DNA of 64,000 nt from positions 4,271-68,270 of the forward strand of contig JBEPVA010000002.1 of assembly GCA_041691295.1 (NCBI GenBank), written 5' to 3'. Shown piece by piece: positions 34,916 through 43,620 of the stretch (position 1 is its first letter; each line of letters opens with the position of its first letter). Origin of the DNA: Gemmatimonadota bacterium. Its GTDB lineage: Bacteria; Gemmatimonadota; Gemmatimonadetes; Gemmatimonadales; GWC2-71-9. Under the pieces are notes generated by a model that saw only the letters and a list, made by a program, of their open reading frames with translations, was not told the origin of the DNA and did not search any database. Made by a program: the position numbers and the translations under genes.

Positions 34916-35110
34916 CTACATCTTCTTGGCGGTATCCCGGGCCATGGTCGAATCGGTCTTCTGCATGCCCTGCATGCCGCTATCATGCTTCATCATGCTC
35001 GCGGTGTCGGGCTTCATCATGGCAGTCGAGTCGACGGCGGGCACGGCCGCCTTTTTTTCGCCGCAGGCAGTCAGCGCCAGCACGGCACAGAACGTCACGA
35101 ACTTCTTCAT
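34916..35110 (-). CDS. small Met-rich lipoprotein
   Basis: MKKFVTFCAVLALTACGEKK (lipobox LTAC) preceded by a GAGGAG Shine-Dalgarno. The mature part contains 8 Met (..AMMKPDTASMMKHDSGMQGMQKTDSTM..). Confidence 0.6.
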   Translation of the reverse strand: MKKFVTFCAVLALTACGEKKAAVPAVDSTAMMKPDTASMMKHDSGMQGMQKTDSTMARDTAKKM

Positions 35111-35223
35111 CGTAGCTCCTCGAGGGTAGTGGGGTATCAACCTGCCGAGCGTCCGGCCAGAACTGGTTTCGGCTGGCGGCGAAATTACCCCAAAGTCCAT
35201 TGAAGTCAAGGAGTTGGCAATAG

Positions 35224-36660
35224 ATGACGCAGCCTAGAACGCTGGGAGAATTGAAGCAGAGCCGGTGGGCCGAGCCCGAGTTGCGCGGGCGGTCGGTGCG
35301 GGATGAACTCCGGGCCAACCTGCTGATCCGCCTGGAGCAGGGAAAGACGCTGTTCCCGGGCATCGTCGGGTACGAAGACAGCATCGTTCCGCAGCTGACC
35401 AATGCCCTGCTGGCCCGGCACCATTTCATCCTGCTCGGATTGCGTGGCCAGGCCAAGACCCGGCTGCTGCGCCAGCTGACCACACTGCTGGATGACGCGA
35501 TTCCAGCCATCGCCGGCAGTGAGGTCAACGACGACCCGTTTGCCCCGGTGTCCAAATTCGGCCGGGAGCGGATCGAGGAATGCGGCGATGCCACCGCCAT
35601 CACCTGGCTGCCCAGGCAGCAGCGGTATGTCGAGAAGCTGGCCACGCCTGACGTGACCATCGCCGACCTGATCGGCGATCTCGACCCGATCAAGGCCGCC
35701 CGCGGCGGTCATGTGCTGGCCGACGAGCTGACCATGCACTTCGGCCTGCTGCCCCGGGCCAATCGCGGAATTTTCGCGGTCAACGAGCTGCCTGACCTGA
35801 GCGGCAAGGTGCAGGTCGGCCTGTTCAACATCATGCAGGAGGGAGACGTCCAGATCAAAGGCTATCCCGTCCGGCTGCAGCTCGACGTCCTGCTGGCCTT
35901 TACCGCCAACCCCGAGGACTACACCGCGCGGGGCAAGATCATCACTCCGCTCAAGGACCGAATCGGGTCCGAGATTGTCACCCACTACCCCCGCACCGTT
36001 GACCTCGGCATGGCCATCACGGCGCAGGAGGCCTGGGTCAAGCGCGGCACCCGCAGCATCCTGGTGCCCGAAATTGTCCGGGAGACGGTGGAACGCATTG
36101 CCTTTGAGGCACGGGAAGACAAGCGGATCGATCGCCGGTCCGGGGTCAGCCAGCGGCTGCCGATTTCGGTGCTGGAACACGCCGTGTCGAGCGCCGAGCG
36201 CCGCAGCATCCTGTTCAAGGAGCCGGACGCCGTGGTCAGGATCGCGGATATTTACGCGGCGGTGCCGTCGATGACCGGCAAGCTCGAACTGGAATACGAG
36301 GGAGAGCTGCAGGGCGCCGACCCGATCGCGCGGGACCTGATCCGGCGGGCTGCCGGCGGAACGCTGTCGGAGCGGGTGGACGATCACCAGCTCGACGGAA
36401 TCGTGGCCTTTTTCGACCAGGGCGGCGCACTCAAGATCGCGGGAGATGAGCGGACCGAGCTCTGCCTGCGAGGCTTTACCGTGATCCCGGGGCTGCTCGA
36501 CGTGGTGCGGAAGAACAATCTGGCGCCGGGCGGATCACCGGGCGAAACCGTGGCAGGGGCGGAGCTGGTGCTTGAGGGATTGGCAGCCCAGAAACGGATT
36601 ACCCGGTCCGATGACCTCGGCTATACCAAGCTCAGGCGCGGCAGGGGGATGGAAAACTAG
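35224..36660 (+). CDS. ChlI/BchI-like AAA+ ATPase (Mg-chelatase subunit I family, non-chelatase context)
   Basis: ..FPGIVGYEDSIVPQLTNALLARHHFILLGLRGQAKTRLLRQL.. (Walker A GLRGQAKT), ..GIFAVNELPDL.. (Walker B-like). AAGGAG Shine-Dalgarno 10 nt upstream. Confidence 0.75.
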   Translation: MTQPRTLGELKQSRWAEPELRGRSVRDELRANLLIRLEQGKTLFPGIVGYEDSIVPQLTNALLARHHFILLGLRGQAKTRLLRQLTTLLDDAIPAIAGSEVNDDPFAPVSKFGRERIEECGDATAITWLPRQQRYVEKLATPDVTIADLIGDLDPIKAARGGHVLADELTMHFGLLPRANRGIFAVNELPDLSGKVQVGLFNIMQEGDVQIKGYPVRLQLDVLLAFTANPEDYTARGKIITPLKDRIGSEIVTHYPRTVDLGMAITAQEAWVKRGTRSILVPEIVRETVERIAFEAREDKRIDRRSGVSQRLPISVLEHAVSSAERRSILFKEPDAVVRIADIYAAVPSMTGKLELEYEGELQGADPIARDLIRRAAGGTLSERVDDHQLDGIVAFFDQGGALKIAGDERTELCLRGFTVIPGLLDVVRKNNLAPGGSPGETVAGAELVLEGLAAQKRITRSDDLGYTKLRRGRGMEN

Positions 36661-36778
36661 GAGAGAGGAGAGAGGAGAGAGGAGAGAGGATCGTGGCGGA
36701 ACAAAATCACCGGGAGTTCGACACGGCAAGTCGAGCTCCCTTTTGGTGTGCAGCGACCCCTCTCCTCTCTGCTCTCTG
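36660..36778. repeat. (GGAGAGA)x4 perfect heptamers, loop containing a terminator, then complementary CT-rich arm
   Basis: GGAGAGA x4 at 36660-36687. CCCCTCTCCTCTCTGCTCTCTG at 36757-36778. Confidence 0.85.
36712..36744 (+). terminator. rho-independent terminator after the ChlI-like ATPase gene
   Basis: GGGAGTTCGAC-ACGGCAA-GTCGAGCTCCC (one mismatch) followed by TTTT at 36741-36744. Confidence 0.7.
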
Positions 36779-36888
36779 CGCGGTTGCGATGGTCCGTCCC
36801 CAAGCATTCCTCTTGACTTCCGACAAAAGCCGCCGCATCCTCCTCTCGATATCCGACACTAGTCATCACTTCCGATCCGGTCTCGCCG

Positions 36889-37221
36889 ATGCCCCCGGTT
36901 CCAGCCGACGTCCTGCGCGGCACGCTTGATCTCCTGGTGCTCCGCACCCTGAGTCTCGGCCCGATGCACGGCTGGGGCATCAACCAGCGGATCCAGCAGA
37001 TCTCGAAAGGCGTCCTCGAGGCCAACCAGGGCTCGCTCTACCCCGCCCTGCAGCGCCTGGAGCAAAAGGGGTGGATCGACAGCGACTGGCAGACCACCGA
37101 GAACAATCGGCGGGCCCGCTACTACGAACTCACCAGCTCGGGGCGGAAGGCACTGCACCAGGAAACCGGTGAGTGGCGCCGGTATGTCGCGGCGGTCGAA
37201 CTGATTCTCGGAAACGGCTGA
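36889..37221 (+). CDS. PadR family transcriptional regulator
   Basis: ..LRGTLDLLVLRTLSLGPMHGWGINQRIQQISKGVLEANQGSLYPALQRLEQKGWI..RRARYYELTSSGRKAL.. is a canonical PadR winged helix. It sits directly upstream of the duplicated-FtsX permease, as in the acidobacterial PadR/ADOP pairing. Confidence 0.9.
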   Translation: MPPVPADVLRGTLDLLVLRTLSLGPMHGWGINQRIQQISKGVLEANQGSLYPALQRLEQKGWIDSDWQTTENNRRARYYELTSSGRKALHQETGEWRRYVAAVELILGNG

Positions 37222-37232
37222 CCGGAGGAACG

Positions 37233-39881
37233 ATGGGACGATTCCATGGCTGGCTCCGGAGGCTGGAGGCGCTGCTCCGTCCAGCCGCCGCCGACCGCCG
37301 GCTTCACGAAGAGATGCAATTCCACCTGGCCCGTGAAATCGAGAAGCACCTGGCGGCTGGCCTCTCCCCCGATGAGGCTCGCCGCCGGGCGCTGATCGAT
37401 TTCGGCGGAGTCACCCAGACCCTCGAGGCCCATCGTGGGGTGCGTCGAGGTATCTGGCTCGAGGAAATCCCGGGAGATGTCCGCCAGGCACTCCGGGCCC
37501 TGCGGCGGAGTCCCGTCTTTGCCGCCACGGCCATCCTCACGCTGGCCGTCGGAATCGGTGCCAACACCGCCATCTTCTCGGTGGTCCGCGCGGTCATTCT
37601 CCGCCCGCTGCCATTCCCTCATGCCGAACGCCTCGTCATGCTGTCGGAGGACAATCCCGAGAAGGGGTGGCACCGCGAGAGTGTGGCCCCGGCCAACTAT
37701 TTCGACTGGAAAGAGCGGGTCGCGGCCTTTGAGGATGCGGCCGCTTACACCCAGGGAGGGGGCTCGACGCTGAGCAGCAACGGCCAGGCCACCCAGATCC
37801 AGGTGCGCGGCGTCACTGGCAATTACTTCTCGGTGCTGGGCGTCGATGTTGAACGTGGCCGGACCCTCCACGAGGCCGAGACCTGGCAGCAGGGTCCCGG
37901 TGTCGCGGTGATCAGCCACCGGCTGTGGGCCGAAGCGCTCGGCGCTGATCCGTCAGTCATCGGACGAACCGTCACACTCGATGGCAGTCCGGTGCAGATC
38001 GTTGGGGTCATGCCGAGCAGCTTCGGCTTCGCGGCCGACTCGGTGGATCTCTGGCAGGCGATGGGCTGGGATCCTTCGGTCAGGAGCCAGGCGTTCTTCC
38101 GCCGGGCCCACTGGGTCAGGGTCATCGCGCGCCTGAAGCCCGGAGTCATGCCGGCCGCGGCGGACGCGCAATTCCAGACCGTCGTGCGCCAGCTGCAGGT
38201 CGAGAACCCCGTGATCAACCGAGCAATGGGGGCCGACCTGGTACCGCTCCAGGAATTCCTGATCGGGGACCTCAAGGCGCCGCTCCTGATCCTGCAGGGC
38301 GCGGTGGGGCTCCTGCTGCTCATCGCCTGTGCGAATGTGGCCAACCTGCTGCTGGCGCAGGCCGTCGGTCGGGAACGGGAGATGTCGCTTCGGCTTACCC
38401 TCGGCGCCCGCACCGGCCGACTGGTACGGCAGGCACTCACCGAGAGCGTGGTCCTCGCCTCGCTCGGCGGACTGGCCGGCCTGGCGCTCGGATGGTTGGG
38501 CACTCGGGCACTGGCCGCGCTGCAGCCTGGTGGCATGCTTCCGGTACGCTCGGTGCCAATGGATCTGGCGGTGCTGGCGTGGGTCATGATCCTGACCACA
38601 CTGACCGGGCTGACTTTCGGAATTGCGCCGGCGGTCTGGAGCGCCAGCCGGTTGCCCGCCGAGGTCCTCAAGGAGGGCGGCAAAGGCAGTACCGGGTCAC
38701 GCAGCAAGCGCTGGTCCGCCGCGCTGGTGGTGGCTGAGCTGGCGCTGGCACTGGTGCTCACGGCGGGGGCAGGGCTGCTGGTGCGGAGCTTCTGGCGGCT
38801 GCAGGGAATGGCGCCCGGGATTGATCCCGCCGGGGTGACCGCGATAGGCATTCGCCTGCCCTCAGGGTACGAAACCGCCGACAAGCAGATCGCTTTCTTC
38901 AACACCGTCATCGAGCGGGCTGGCGCGCTGCCGGGAGTGACCAATGCGGCTGCCGGCCTGGTGGCCCCACTCGGCGGCAACAGCTATACCAGCGATTTTC
39001 ATATCGGGGGACGCCCGCCTGAGGAGTACGGAACGGAAGTGGTCCGGGAAACCATCACATCGGACTACTTTCGGACCCTCGGCATTCCGCTTCGCGGCGG
39101 TCGATTCTTCACGCCCGCCGATCGGAAGGGATCGGCGCCAGTCACGATCATCAACCAGACTCTGGCCCGGCAGTATTTCCGCGGTCAGAATCCCGTCGGG
39201 CAGCTGATCACCTTCGACAAGACCCCGGATTCTTCTTCGGTCTGGCGCACGATTGTCGGCGTGGTGGGCGATGTCCGTCAGCGAGGACTGGCCCTCGAGC
39301 CCCAGGTCGAGGCCTACGAACCGATCGGCCAGCAGAGCAACAGTTACATGACCCTGCTGGTCCGCGCGCCGGGCTCCGCTGCGGAGGTGGTGCCAAATGT
39401 GCGCAAGCTGCTGGCCTCGCTCGACGCGTCGCTGGCGCCGGCACTCGTCGCGACACTGCCTGCTCTGGTCAGCCGCTCAATCGCGCGGCAGCGGTTCCTG
39501 ATGACCGTGTTGCTGGTCTTCGCGGCGACCGGACTGCTCCTGGCCATTGTGGGGGTCTACGGGGTCATGGCCCAGCTCGCGGCCCGGCGGACCAGGGAGA
39601 TGGGAATCCGGCTGGCGCTCGGCGCCCGGGCCACCCAGGTCCGCTGGCTGGTGCTGCGCCATGCGTTGGGGCTCCTGGCCGGCGGGTTGGGAGTCGGACT
39701 GGTGACCGCACTGATGGCCGCTCGTGCGATGAAGGCGCTGCTATATGGCGTGACACCGGCGGACCCGGGGACGTTCGGCGTCGTGACGGTGATGCTGGTG
39801 CTCACCGGTCTGCTCGCGTCATGGCTGCCGGCGCTGAAAGCCAGCCGGGCCGATCCGGCGACGACGCTTCGAGTGGAGTAG
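37233..39881 (+). CDS. duplicated FtsX/MacB-type permease without adjacent ATPase (ADOP-like orphan permease)
   Basis: N-terminus MGRFHGWLRRLEALLRPAAADRRLHEEMQFHLAREIE... is typical of ADOP proteins. Two MacB_PCD + FtsX modules. C-terminus ..SWLPALKASRADPATTLRVE. Confidence 0.85.
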   Translation: MGRFHGWLRRLEALLRPAAADRRLHEEMQFHLAREIEKHLAAGLSPDEARRRALIDFGGVTQTLEAHRGVRRGIWLEEIPGDVRQALRALRRSPVFAATAILTLAVGIGANTAIFSVVRAVILRPLPFPHAERLVMLSEDNPEKGWHRESVAPANYFDWKERVAAFEDAAAYTQGGGSTLSSNGQATQIQVRGVTGNYFSVLGVDVERGRTLHEAETWQQGPGVAVISHRLWAEALGADPSVIGRTVTLDGSPVQIVGVMPSSFGFAADSVDLWQAMGWDPSVRSQAFFRRAHWVRVIARLKPGVMPAAADAQFQTVVRQLQVENPVINRAMGADLVPLQEFLIGDLKAPLLILQGAVGLLLLIACANVANLLLAQAVGREREMSLRLTLGARTGRLVRQALTESVVLASLGGLAGLALGWLGTRALAALQPGGMLPVRSVPMDLAVLAWVMILTTLTGLTFGIAPAVWSASRLPAEVLKEGGKGSTGSRSKRWSAALVVAELALALVLTAGAGLLVRSFWRLQGMAPGIDPAGVTAIGIRLPSGYETADKQIAFFNTVIERAGALPGVTNAAAGLVAPLGGNSYTSDFHIGGRPPEEYGTEVVRETITSDYFRTLGIPLRGGRFFTPADRKGSAPVTIINQTLARQYFRGQNPVGQLITFDKTPDSSSVWRTIVGVVGDVRQRGLALEPQVEAYEPIGQQSNSYMTLLVRAPGSAAEVVPNVRKLLASLDASLAPALVATLPALVSRSIARQRFLMTVLLVFAATGLLLAIVGVYGVMAQLAARRTREMGIRLALGARATQVRWLVLRHALGLLAGGLGVGLVTALMAARAMKALLYGVTPADPGTFGVVTVMLVLTGLLASWLPALKASRADPATTLRVE

Positions 39882-39907
39882 GCGGGCGGGCCGAAGCGAC
39901 TGCGGCA

Positions 39908-40002
39908 CCTCATCCCGAGCGAAGCGAGGGACCTTGCCCGTCAAACCGGTACCAGGTTTGACCAGTCAGGTCCCTCACTCGCTTTGCTCGCTCGGGATGA
40001 GG
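39908..40002. repeat. REP-like nested palindromic element between convergent ADOP permease and cytidylate-kinase-like genes
   Basis: Outer arms CCTCATCCCGAGCGAAGCGAGGGACC (39908-39933) and GGTCCCTCACTCGCTTTGCTCGCTCGGGATGAGG (39969-40002). Inner perfect hairpin GTCAAACC-GGTACCA-GGTTTGAC (39940-39962). Confidence 0.75.
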
Positions 40003-40024
40003 TATCGAAGTCTCTCGTCTCACC

Positions 40025-40645
40025 TCACCACCCCATCGTCCGTGACCGCTGTACAATCACCTCGGCCGCGCCGCCGAAGCCGAGCAGTTCGGTGTTGAGC
40101 ACCATGTGATAGTGGATCGGATCGGCCCAGTCGCGGTTGTAGTACTCCCGGTGGTAACGGGATCGCTGATGGTCGACCTCATCGACCCGTTTGTCGGCGG
40201 CCGCCTGCTCGAGCTTTTCCCGCTCCATGATCTGGACCACGCGCCAGCTTTTCGGGGCCACTACGCGAACATGCAATCCGTCATGCCGCCGGGCCAGGAC
40301 CGCTGAGGCGGCCCGTCCAACCAGGACTACCCTGCCCTGTGAGGCGATCTCCCGGACCACCGCCTCCGTCACCTTCACAATTTCCGGCTCCGGCATCAGA
40401 GCCGCCTGATCGGGAGCGGGCAGGGCAAACTCCTGTGAGCTCACCGCCAGGGTCCGGGCCAGCCGCTCCACAAAACTCGGCACCCGCTCATCCCGGCTGG
40501 CCACCTCGGCGTGGGATAGCCCCGCCCGTTCCGCCACCAGGCTGATCAGTTCGTTGTCCACCAGGGACCACGCCAGCGCGTCCGCTACCCGCCGGGCGAT
40601 CTGGGCGCCACCGGCGCCGAACTGTCGGGAGATGGTGATTAACAT
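40025..40645 (-). CDS. cytidylate kinase-like family protein (P-loop NTPase)
   Basis: MLITISRQFGAGGAQIARRVADAL.. is the typical Cytidylate_kin2 N-terminus. Confidence 0.7.
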   Translation of the reverse strand: MLITISRQFGAGGAQIARRVADALAWSLVDNELISLVAERAGLSHAEVASRDERVPSFVERLARTLAVSSQEFALPAPDQAALMPEPEIVKVTEAVVREIASQGRVVLVGRAASAVLARRHDGLHVRVVAPKSWRVVQIMEREKLEQAAADKRVDEVDHQRSRYHREYYNRDWADPIHYHMVLNTELLGFGGAAEVIVQRSRTMGW

Positions 40646-40688
40646 GCCTTGACGATACCGGTGATAGGAGGAGTTCGTAAGAGTCGGA

Positions 40689-40806
40689 GATGGAAGACCG
40701 GAGATAGGAGACAGGAAATCGGAGGCAGAAAATATCGGCTGGGCGCCTGCAGCGTGGTGCCTGCCCCGCTGCCCCCAGCCCCCCAGCCCCCCAGCCCCCC
40801 TGCCCC
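40689..40806. repeat. (GAYNGGA)x7 purine heptamers followed by (CCCCCCAG)n octamers
   Basis: GATGGAA GACCGGA GATAGGA GACAGGA AATCGGA GGCAGAA AATATCG (40689-40737). GCCCCCAG CCCCCCAG CCCCCCAG CCCCCCTG CCCCC (40771-40806), ending at the MFS stop codon. Confidence 0.85.
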
Positions 40807-42021
40807 CTATCTCGCCAGTTCCACAATCCGCCTGGTCCCCACCAGCGTCACGACGATACAGATCACGCCGCCAAGGCCGACTGCCGTCGCGACGCCGAGG
40901 GTTTCGGCCACCCAGCCGACGAGGAGATTACCGATCGGTGCCAGGCCCAGGACCACCAGCGAGTAGAAGCCCATGACCCGGCCGCGCAGATGGTCGGGTG
41001 TCCTGGTCTGCAGCAGGGTATTGGTCATCACGTTATTGAGGATCATTCCGGCCCCGGCGGCGGCGAGCAGCACGACCGCCGACGGGAAATGCGCCACCAG
41101 ACCCAGGCAGGCCAGCGCCGCCCCGAACGCGAAGCCTGCCCAGCGAATGATCCCGGCGTTCTTCTTGTCGCCGGAGAGCGCGGCCATCGAGAGCGCGCCG
41201 CACGCCGCGCCGACACCAAGTGCCGACATCAGGCCGCTGTAGCCTGTAGCGCTGGCGTGGAGGACATCGCGGGCGTAGACCGGCAGCATGGTGACGAACG
41301 AAAAGCCGAAGATGCTGAAGGCGCCGGTCACGATCAGCAATGTCCGGGGCAATTCGGCCTGCCTGAGGTAGGTCAGGCCGCCGAGCAGGTCACGGTCCTG
41401 CTTCACTTCACGCGCCCCGGGCGCCACCGGCCGCATCTTGAACAGCGCTACCACCACGGCCAGGTAACTCAGGGAGTTGGCGAAGAAACAGGCCTTGAGT
41501 CCGACCCCCGCGATCAGCGCTGCCGCGATCAGCGGCCCCACGATCCGGGAGCTGTTGAACACCAGCGAGTTGAGCGCGATGGCATTCATGACGTCCGGCC
41601 GGTCGACCATTTCCATCAGGAAGGCCTGGCGGATCGGCACCTCGAAGGCGGTCAGGGTCCCCAGCGAAAAGGCCAGGACCATGAGCCAGTGCAGCGTGAT
41701 GATATTGAAGGCGGTGAGGGTGGCGAGGATCAGCGACTCGATCAGCATCAGGCTCTGCAGCAGGATCAGTGCCTTGCGCCTCGGCACCCGGTCGGCCAGG
41801 ACCCCGCCGTAGAGTGTGAACAGCAGAATCGGCAGCGACTCGAGAAAGGCCACCACCCCGACCAGCAGGGGGCGCGGTGAGAGCTGCACCACCAGCCACC
41901 CCTGCGCCACCACCTGCATCCAGGTGCCGCACAGCGACAGGAACTGGCCGGTCAGGAACAGCCGGAAGCTGGGAGAGCGAAGCGCGCCAAAGGCAGGGGG
42001 CCGGAGCGGGAGGGAGGACAC
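40807..42021 (-). CDS. MFS transporter (EntS/MFS_3-like)
   Basis: 404 aa, ~12 predicted hydrophobic helices. ..LTGQFLSLCGTWMQVVAQGWLV.. and ..GGVLADRVPRRK.. (MFS motif A-like). GTG start. Confidence 0.8.
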   Translation of the reverse strand: MSSLPLRPPAFGALRSPSFRLFLTGQFLSLCGTWMQVVAQGWLVVQLSPRPLLVGVVAFLESLPILLFTLYGGVLADRVPRRKALILLQSLMLIESLILATLTAFNIITLHWLMVLAFSLGTLTAFEVPIRQAFLMEMVDRPDVMNAIALNSLVFNSSRIVGPLIAAALIAGVGLKACFFANSLSYLAVVVALFKMRPVAPGAREVKQDRDLLGGLTYLRQAELPRTLLIVTGAFSIFGFSFVTMLPVYARDVLHASATGYSGLMSALGVGAACGALSMAALSGDKKNAGIIRWAGFAFGAALACLGLVAHFPSAVVLLAAAGAGMILNNVMTNTLLQTRTPDHLRGRVMGFYSLVVLGLAPIGNLLVGWVAETLGVATAVGLGGVICIVVTLVGTRRIVELAR

Positions 42022-42059
42022 GGGACAATGCTAGACGAGCGGTGGCACCGGGGGAAGTT

Positions 42060-42212
42060 GGGATGGCGGGATGGGGAGAAGTCGGGATGGGGGGAATGCT
42101 TGCGAAAAGACGCCGCACGGACGGCAATCCGAACCGGCTTCGGATCCTGGTGTATAGTTAGGAGAGTGGGATCGGGACGGAACGATTCCCCCCATCCCCT
42201 CATCCCCACATC
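42060..42212. repeat. octamer-phased G-rich arm / C-rich arm with a 14-bp perfect inverted repeat
   Basis: GGGATGG at 42060, 42068 and 42084. GGGATGGGGGGAAT (42084-42097) is the exact reverse complement of ATTCCCCCCATCCC (42185-42198). The right arm reads CCCCCCAT CCCCTCAT CCCCACAT. Confidence 0.85.
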
Positions 42213-42224
42213 CGAAATCGAAGC

Positions 42225-43496
42225 ATGCGATTTACCACCTACTCCAAATTCGTCCCCGGCTCCGCCGACGCGGTCAACCTCCAGTCGCTGCTCGACCAGC
42301 TGGGGGACTTTCTGCTGCAGTCCGGCTTCCAGGGCGGCGACCCCTACGGCGAGGACGACAGTCAGTCACTCGACAACCTGCGCGAGGCAATCCTCCAGGC
42401 CCTGATCGATTCCAAGCAGCTCACCCCCGAGATGCTGGCCTTCCTCCGCGGCGATTCCACCGGTGACCCGGCCCGCGACGAGGCCATCGGGCGAGCGCTG
42501 GCCAAGCTGCTCGATGAGCTGATTCAGCGGATGGTCGAGGAGGGGTTCCTCAACCTCACCGAGTCACAGGCTGCTCCGTCTCACCAGCCGATGTTCGGTC
42601 CCGGCGGTCAGGCCCGCTCCGCAGCCCGCGACGTCCAGTTCCAGTTGACCGACAAGGGAATCGATTTCCTCGGCTACCGCACCCTGAAACAGCTGCTCGG
42701 CAGCCTTGGCAAGTCGAGCTTCGGGGCCCACGACACTCCGCACCTGGCCACCGGGGTGGAGGCGGAAGCGGCCAGCCGCCCCTACGAGTTCGGCGACACC
42801 ATGAATCTCGATGCACCCGGCACACTGGGTCGGGCCCTGGCGCGGCAGGGGCTCAAGACTCCGCTCGAACTCGAGTATGGCGACCTGCTGGTCCACCAGG
42901 CGGACTACCGCTCGTCGGCGGCCACCGTCCTGATGCTCGACTGCTCCCACTCAATGATCCTCTACGGCGAGGACCGGTTCACCCCGGCCAAGAAGGTGGC
43001 GCTGGCCCTGACTCACCTGATCCACACCCAGTACCCCGGCGATTCGATCCGGGTAGTCCTGTTTCATGACGACGCCGAGGAGATTCCGCTCCGGGCCCTG
43101 GCCAAGGCCCAAGTGGGGCCGTTCCATACCAACACCGCGGCAGGCCTCAGGCTGGCCCGCAAGATCCTGCTGTCCCAGAGCAAGGACATGCGACAGATCA
43201 TCATGATCACCGATGGCAAGCCGTCAGCCATGCCACTGCCCGACGGCCGAGTCTACATCAACTCGGTGGGGCTCGACCCGGCCATCCTGAAAGTGACCTA
43301 CAATGAAGTGGCCGAATGCCGCCGCTCCGGCATCCAGATCAATACCTTCATGCTGGCGCGAGATCGGAGCCTGGTGGAGTTCGTGCGGAAGGTCAGCGAG
43401 ATCTGCCGGGGCAAGGCCTACTTCACCAGCCCCGTGACTCTGGGCCAGTTCATCCTGACTGATTTCATGAAGCGGCGGACGCGGAAGGTGAGTTAG
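42225..43496 (+). CDS. von Willebrand factor type A (vWA) domain protein with MIDAS motif
   Basis: C-terminal vWA: ..TVLMLDCSHSMI.. (DxSxS MIDAS), ..IIMITDGKPSA.. N-terminal acidic/helical region. Likely partner of the ChlI-like ATPase at 35224. Confidence 0.75.
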   Translation: MRFTTYSKFVPGSADAVNLQSLLDQLGDFLLQSGFQGGDPYGEDDSQSLDNLREAILQALIDSKQLTPEMLAFLRGDSTGDPARDEAIGRALAKLLDELIQRMVEEGFLNLTESQAAPSHQPMFGPGGQARSAARDVQFQLTDKGIDFLGYRTLKQLLGSLGKSSFGAHDTPHLATGVEAEAASRPYEFGDTMNLDAPGTLGRALARQGLKTPLELEYGDLLVHQADYRSSAATVLMLDCSHSMILYGEDRFTPAKKVALALTHLIHTQYPGDSIRVVLFHDDAEEIPLRALAKAQVGPFHTNTAAGLRLARKILLSQSKDMRQIIMITDGKPSAMPLPDGRVYINSVGLDPAILKVTYNEVAECRRSGIQINTFMLARDRSLVEFVRKVSEICRGKAYFTSPVTLGQFILTDFMKRRTRKVS

Positions 43497-43503
43497 GAAT
43501 CCA

Positions 43504-43620
43504 GAGGTCGGAGTTGGGGGTGGGAATCACACCGGATCCTTGGTCCCGGAAGCCAATTCTCCTTCGAGGACCTGACTCCTGACTCCCAACTCACGACTCC
43601 CGACTAACGACTAACGACCC
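43504..43620. repeat. (GAGKTSG)x3 ... (CTGACTC/ACGACTM)x7 heptamer element between convergent vWA and M48 genes
   Basis: GAGGTCG GAGTTGG GGGTGGG (43504-43524). CTGACTC CTGACTC CCAACTC ACGACTC CCGACTA ACGACTA ACGACCC (43572-43620). The arms are imperfectly complementary (shared GAGTTGGG). Confidence 0.85.

Noticed and set aside
42043-42048. TGGCAC hexamer upstream of the vWA gene as a sigma54 -24 element.
   Set aside because: - No TTGC at the required -12 position; the following sequence is CGGGGGAAGTT.
- It lies within the G-rich repeat arm.
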